Assembly: GCA_043798915.1 (NCBI GenBank)
Contig: JAZDOG010000060.1
Coordinates: forward strand, 1-21,496
DNA length: 21,496 nucleotides
Direction: 5' to 3'
Source of the DNA: Pseudomonadota bacterium
GTDB taxonomy: Bacteria > UBA10199 > 2-02-FULL-44-16 > JAAZCA01
In this document: one piece after another, positions 16,900-21,496 of the stretch
Position numbering within the stretch: the first letter of the stretch is position 1
Layout: every line of letters begins with the position of its first letter
Made by a program: the position numbers and the translations under genes
The notes under the pieces: model-generated
Database searches by the model: none
What the model was told of the DNA's origin: nothing
Seen by the model: the letters and a program-made list of their open reading frames with translations, nothing else

Positions 16900-18216
16900 T
16901 CAACGATCCAGCTTGCTTGAGATTCTTTCCATGAATGACGGCGGCCGAATGGGGCCTCGATCGGCCGCGATCTCCTCAAAACCCGGGATAAAGCTCGACT
17001 TTAACCGATGTTCATGGCGGATATCTTTTACCAGCTTATCCCATAACTCTTTTTCGCCCGCCCGCTCCATAAGGGTCTTGGCTTCATAAAGATAATCGTG
17101 CGCATGATGATAGGCCTTGGCCTTGCGCGCATCCAGAATGGCCAGCGCTTGTGTTACGTACAGGCGGGCCGTCTGGCTTGGAAACTTTTTGGCAATGGAT
17201 TTTGCGGTGGTAATTGCAGTTGAGTAAAATAGTTGTTTGAGATCGGCGTTTTTGGCTCGCTCAATACGGCGGACGAGGCAATCAGTCTGTTTGAGTTCGT
17301 GAAAAGCCTCGATGGCATGTTGAAGGTCAGCCTTCTCGAATAGGATCAGCGCCTTGTTCGTGAGTTCCGACTTATCACTCCGTGAAGCGCACGCCAAGAC
17401 ATCCTTGAAAGAATGGATCGCTGGAAACTGCTCAAACTTCTTCCATGCCTCCTGGATGGCATCACTCCTCCTGCCCGTCTTTATCATGAGCTGCCGCCGA
17501 AGTTGCTCAAGTTTATATTCTTGTCCACTTCGATCATCATTGCACTTTAGCCCGCGTTCGGCCCACTCCAGAGCCCTTTTCGGTTGTCCTCGAGAACTAA
17601 ATGCGGTGGCAAGGGCCAAGCAATCCTCAAGCGTGAATCCGTATCGGTCCCCTGCCTCGATGATGGCGGTCGTGTTGTTCGTCGAAATAAGAAGCTTCTT
17701 GAGGGTGGAAAGGTCGTATCGGTATTGAGACAAAAGCCTGCTTCGTTCCGGCTCCGGCATCCCATTCGATGGTTTCTCCAAAAGCCTTTGCTCCAGAGAA
17801 TGGCGCAAAGCCGAGCGATATTCCGAACTCAAGGCCGGAATAATCGTTCTTTCAAGGTCACAGCAGAACCCAATATCGTCGACTTGCATCCAATGCGCAA
17901 TCTTCCGGAGAAAATCGGCCGGTTTCATTCCAGCAGAGGAGCAGCAGCGCGCCCATGACTGAAATATCTCCTCGAGAAACATTCCCAGTCCGCCGCTGGA
18001 ATCATCCACTTCGTTGCCTTTGACAAGACATCCGGCCAAGAAGATCTCGAAACATCCGAGTGCCTCGCGCGGACGTGATTTGGCGAGCGTTACAAGACCT
18101 CGATGAACTTCTTCAAGTTCCCCAATAAATTCGGAACCCTCATTCCATGAAATAAAACAACCTAGATCCAATGCTTTGCTAATACGGTCATTCCATGATT
18201 TGTTCAATGGTTTCAT
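16900..18216 (-). CDS. Helical hypothetical protein (DUF6880-like / TPR-like)
   Basis: Long ORF with a DDSSG.LG motif, ALEWAERGL and a C-terminal KAKAYHHA...HRLKSSFIPGFE pattern. GAGGG RBS favours ATG 18216 (alternatives 18228, 18240). Confidence 0.65.
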   Translation of the reverse strand: MKPLNKSWNDRISKALDLGCFISWNEGSEFIGELEEVHRGLVTLAKSRPREALGCFEIFLAGCLVKGNEVDDSSGGLGMFLEEIFQSWARCCSSAGMKPADFLRKIAHWMQVDDIGFCCDLERTIIPALSSEYRSALRHSLEQRLLEKPSNGMPEPERSRLLSQYRYDLSTLKKLLISTNNTTAIIEAGDRYGFTLEDCLALATAFSSRGQPKRALEWAERGLKCNDDRSGQEYKLEQLRRQLMIKTGRRSDAIQEAWKKFEQFPAIHSFKDVLACASRSDKSELTNKALILFEKADLQHAIEAFHELKQTDCLVRRIERAKNADLKQLFYSTAITTAKSIAKKFPSQTARLYVTQALAILDARKAKAYHHAHDYLYEAKTLMERAGEKELWDKLVKDIRHEHRLKSSFIPGFEEIAADRGPIRPPSFMERISSKLDR

Positions 18217-18241
18217 TGTGTCCCTCATCTTACTCGACAAA

Positions 18242-19436
18242 TTATTTCTTGCCGCCGATCTCCTCTTGGGACTTGAGCCACCGGTGGCCTTTTTCCGTGA
18301 GCCGATATTTCTGCAGACGGCTATTGGGCTTGTCGGGGATGGTGCGCTCCAACATTCCCGCCTCGATCAGAGGCATCAAATAATTGCTCTGGAAGTTCTT
18401 CCAGTGCTTCAGGCCAAGCTCTGCCATGAGCTCCTTTGCCGATCTGGACTCAAGACAGAATTGAGCGACTTGTGCGGCGACTTGTGCGGCGACTTGTGCG
18501 GTGACTTGCGGGGTCGTTTCCGGCCCTGAAGAAACGCCTCGCCCGCCCCATTTTTTCGCCTTTGGGTGGATCGGAAAAACTGTGATGAAATAGCTCCTGT
18601 CATCATCCGTTTCAAACTTCGGCATGGGCGATCCATTCTTCTTGATCGCCTTCATGATTTTTGGGATTCCCGTCCCGCGCCCCTCAGTGAGATCCAGCTC
18701 TTTGAGGAATTCGCCGATTCGGCGATTGCGGTAGCGTCTCGAAAGAAAGCGGCGCGCCTTCAGATCCTGCTTACTGATGGACGTGTCCGGCCCTGGAAAA
18801 CTCCCGATGGTCACGCAGTCGGGGAGAATGCGCACTTCAACAGGTTCGCGAATTTCATAACTGCGATGATAGATCGCATTGACGAGAGATTCTTCAATGG
18901 CTGCGAATGGATAGTTAAAAAAACGCTCGGCCTCGGCTTTATCCGGATGCTTGACGACAACCTCCTCGATGAGGACGCCGTTTATGTATTCAAGAGACTC
19001 TTTGACAATGCGGCCCAGCGGCCCCTTGAAGATTTTTTCCTTGAACACATCGCCGCCCGGTCCGTCGGGAAACTGAACCACAGGGACGTGTCTGCCCGCC
19101 GGAAGCCCAGAGGACAAGGATGTGGCGTCCCTCAAACACATAAGGTGCGACCACCGGATGATAATAGGGCTGAATGCGATGCCCCAACTCGACGATCTCT
19201 TTTTGTATTCGATCGAGGTCTTTGGGCTTCAATCCTACGGGTGGTAGAACAGGCCGGCCGTGCTCCTCATCGATGCCAATAAAAATATATCCGCCGCCGA
19301 GGTTGTGAAAGTCATTGGCAAATGCACACAGCGTATGCATTGCCGCCTCAGGATTCCATCCCTTCTTGAATTCAAGCCGTTCCCACTCCACAGTTTTGCC
19401 GTGGAGGACTTCGGTGATATTTATGGGTAATGGCAT
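18242..19436 (-). pseudogene. Disrupted AlbA_2 (Schlafen-like) + HATPase/RecG-C + HTH protein
   Basis: The N-part (LEFKKGWNP...CAFAND...GGGYIFIG...GGQTRP) and the C-part (VVQFPDG...ESLVNAIYHRSY...YRNRRIGEFLKELDLTEGRGTG...QKYRLT) are in different frames. They abut near 19082. Confidence 0.8.
18465..18512. repeat. 12-bp tandem repeat (3 perfect + 1 degenerate)
   Basis: GCGACTTGTGCG x3 then GTGACTTGCGGG, encoding the PQVTAQVAAQVAAQVA linker. Confidence 0.9.
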
Positions 19437-19449
19437 AAATCATTCCTCT

Positions 19450-20127
19450 TCAACTCTGATGCATATTTGATTTGCCAAGATTACATTTTAAACACAATGT
19501 CTGAAGATTATCTAATACGGTTTCCCCACCCTTACTCCAAGGAACAATATGATCCACATGAAGTTCAACGCCAAATGTTAATGCAGGACTGGATCCGCAA
19601 GAAAGACAAGTAAAGCGATCCCGTTGCAATACCTTAAATCGCAATCTAAGCGATGGATCTCTTCCCGTTGTTTGGCGTTTAGGAACCTTTGTATTGATTT
19701 GAGTTTCTGAATCATCGCTCTCATTAGCGTAATTTACAAAGGCTTCCAGCGCGGCAGACCAAGATCCAAAACGACGATTGTAAGGAGTTTGGGAAATCGT
19801 GGATGGCGGCGATGATAATTCCCTGCGGCGGGGTTGACGTCCAAAATGTTGCCAAAGAATAAATATATTATTAAACAATCGTTCGTCAGAAATCTGAACC
19901 TCATTTGATAGAATAAGCCCCGCTGCAACCAACGCCTTGTTCCATGATCCGAAACGACGACCGATATTACTGTAATCAAATTTACCAAGTCTCCCGTAAG
20001 TTTTCTGCGGGACAGTGTTTTTCCCTAATTCGCCAGCTACACGTCGGAGATCAGCTAGTAGTTCTTCGTCAGAGACAGGAAGGCCTGAGACTCTGGATAT
20101 TGCAAATTTTGGTTTCAATGCACCCAT
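19450..20127 (-). CDS. HNH endonuclease with two N-terminal homing-endonuclease-associated repeats
   Basis: Two units (SDEELL...[10 protein letters not shown] and SDERLF...[10 protein letters not shown]). C-terminal [10 protein letters not shown]...[12 protein letters not shown]...[20 protein letters not shown]. Confidence 0.9.
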   Translation of the reverse strand: MGALKPKFAISRVSGLPVSDEELLADLRRVAGELGKNTVPQKTYGRLGKFDYSNIGRRFGSWNKALVAAGLILSNEVQISDERLFNNIFILWQHFGRQPRRRELSSPPSTISQTPYNRRFGSWSAALEAFVNYANESDDSETQINTKVPKRQTTGRDPSLRLRFKVLQRDRFTCLSCGSSPALTFGVELHVDHIVPWSKGGETVLDNLQTLCLKCNLGKSNMHQS

Positions 20128-20150
20128 TGAACTCCCTCACATTCTTTTCA

Positions 20151-20468
20151 TTATAATGTTCTTAATTTCCTCAAAAGCACGAGGTCGATCTTGTCATTGG
20201 CCATACAGACGACCTTCCTTTTGGTTTTCTGTTCCTTATCCAACAGGAACACAACTTCATGAGAAGGTGAAGGAATCTCTGTCTTTTCAGATACAGATTC
20301 AGGCCGTGCAAAATAAAAATTATCGTTTGGTTCAACAATCAAGCCCTGTTGCTTTAGAACATCAAGTTTGTCAGGCCCGCTCAAAACAAAAGGTTCGACC
20401 TCAATAATTTTTCCTCTCTTTTTGAACCAGCAAAAGAGATCTTTCAATGGGGCATAAAAATCGATCAT
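20151..20468 (-). CDS. Hypothetical protein (105 aa)
   Basis: GGGAG RBS before ATG 20468. Stops 23 nt before the HNH start. Confidence 0.6.
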   Translation of the reverse strand: MIDFYAPLKDLFCWFKKRGKIIEVEPFVLSGPDKLDVLKQQGLIVEPNDNFYFARPESVSEKTEIPSPSHEVVFLLDKEQKTKRKVVCMANDKIDLVLLRKLRTL

Positions 20469-20640
20469 TGTGAGGTCTCCCTTTTCATGGCTGATGTGGC
20501 GGATGCATCCCAACATTACCCTCTTTATTACCCTTATTCTACGATGCCATTACCCCTTTTCCATTATGCATTGCCAATTTTAGTGCAACGACTGGACAAG
20601 GCACGGGCACCTCCAATTTGCCACATTCGATCTGGCGAAT

Positions 20641-21495
20641 TTATTTCTTTTTCCGCTTCATTTTTTTGCGTAGCGGTAATTTTTTGAAATCTATCGAGCT
20701 TTTATTTTCGATCAAACGCCGTTCTCTTTCGATCTCTCTGCGCAATTCCTCTTCATCCGGCAGAACGAGCTTGTATCGCGAGGCAAAGAGTTTTTTATCT
20801 TCTTTGAGCACTGAATAATGTGCGATCGCATCATCCTTGTCAGAGCAAAGAATGAGTCCGATGGTCGGATTGTCACCGGGTGTTTTGAGCTGCTCTTCGA
20901 AAATCCGGACGTAGCCGTCTATTTGCCCGATATCCTGATGAGTGAGGTCCCCAACTTTTAAATCGATCAACACAAAACATTTAAGCAGGTAGTTGTAGAA
21001 AACCAGATCAACGTAAAAATCTTTGTTGCCGATACGGATATGTTTCTGGCGCGCGACAAAAGAGAACCCTTTTCCCAGTTCCAGTAAAAACTTTTGCAAG
21101 TTGGCAATCAGGGCCTCTTCCAATTTTGATTCATGCAGTTTCGGAGTATCAGGCAGATTGACGAATTCCAGAATGTAGGGATCTTTGAGGACATCGATGG
21201 GCTCAAGCCCCTTGGTTTCGGATGCAGCTTGCCGAAGCATTGCGGACTTGTCCCCGCTTTTGAGTAATCGTTCATAGAAGAGAGTGGAGATCTGTCGTTC
21301 CAAGGCCCTTTTATCCCAGCCACAGTGCACCGATTCAGTTTCGTAGAAATCACGAGCTTTCTCGTTTTCAACACGCATGAGAGCCCGATAGTGGGACCAA
21401 CTTAGATTTGGATGAAAGCTGGCAGGAGATTCCCCACCCGTTGGGTGGAGTTTTTGGCTGTTTTCAGATTCTCCACCCATTGGGTGGAGAATGTT
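20641..21495 (-). CDS. YhcG/DUF1016 PD-(D/E)XK nuclease family protein (5'-truncated by window edge)
   Basis: LSWSHY, FYERL, KDPYILEF, FLLELGKGFSFVARQ, VDLVFYN...LIDLK, DIGQIDGYV, NPTIGLILC. The frame is open to the window end. Confidence 0.93.
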   Translation of the reverse strand, partial: NILHPMGGESENSQKLHPTGGESPASFHPNLSWSHYRALMRVENEKARDFYETESVHCGWDKRALERQISTLFYERLLKSGDKSAMLRQAASETKGLEPIDVLKDPYILEFVNLPDTPKLHESKLEEALIANLQKFLLELGKGFSFVARQKHIRIGNKDFYVDLVFYNYLLKCFVLIDLKVGDLTHQDIGQIDGYVRIFEEQLKTPGDNPTIGLILCSDKDDAIAHYSVLKEDKKLFASRYKLVLPDEEELRREIERERRLIENKSSIDFKKLPLRKKMKRKKK

Positions 21496-21496
21496 G

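Noticed and set aside
19450..20640. IscB/HEARO (OMEGA) RNA-guided system
   Set aside because: No PLMP or split RuvC motifs, and no long structured non-coding region next to the HNH gene.
16900..21496. Integron cassette array or CRISPR array
   Set aside because: Spacers are too short or lack attC RYYYAAC/GTTRRRY ends. The repeats found are intragenic or lack unique spacers.

Overview
Bacterial chromosomal window (standard genetic code). The GC-rich core (about 2.1-16.8 kb) is flanked by two AT-richer accessory blocks. The core holds tRNA-His, tRNA-Arg and tRNA-Pro, two paralogous outer-membrane beta-barrel genes around rdgB, and the minus-strand cluster ispE-spoVG-tRNA-Gln-prs-rplY-pth-rpsF-rpsR-DUF2232-rplI-dnaB. 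That gene order suggests a 'deltaproteobacterial'-type host (inference). Next comes a divergent pair: a matrixin-type lipoprotein protease with a sigma54 promoter, and a ~1130-aa class III nucleotide cyclase with a predicted TM helix and about 23-25 YD/RHS-like repeats. The cyclase carries guanylyl-cyclase-like specificity residues (K->E, D->S) and is the best candidate here for an undescribed system. The left block (downstream of tRNA-His) has an XRE regulator and two envelope proteins. The right block is defence-island-like: YhcG/DUF1016 nuclease, an orphan ORF, an HNH nuclease, a broken AlbA/RecG-C-like gene and a helical hypothetical. Smaller signals include a duplicated tRNA-His 5' fragment, several candidate leaderless promoters lacking -7T, and an rpsF leader. 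All calls were made by eye, with no database searches.
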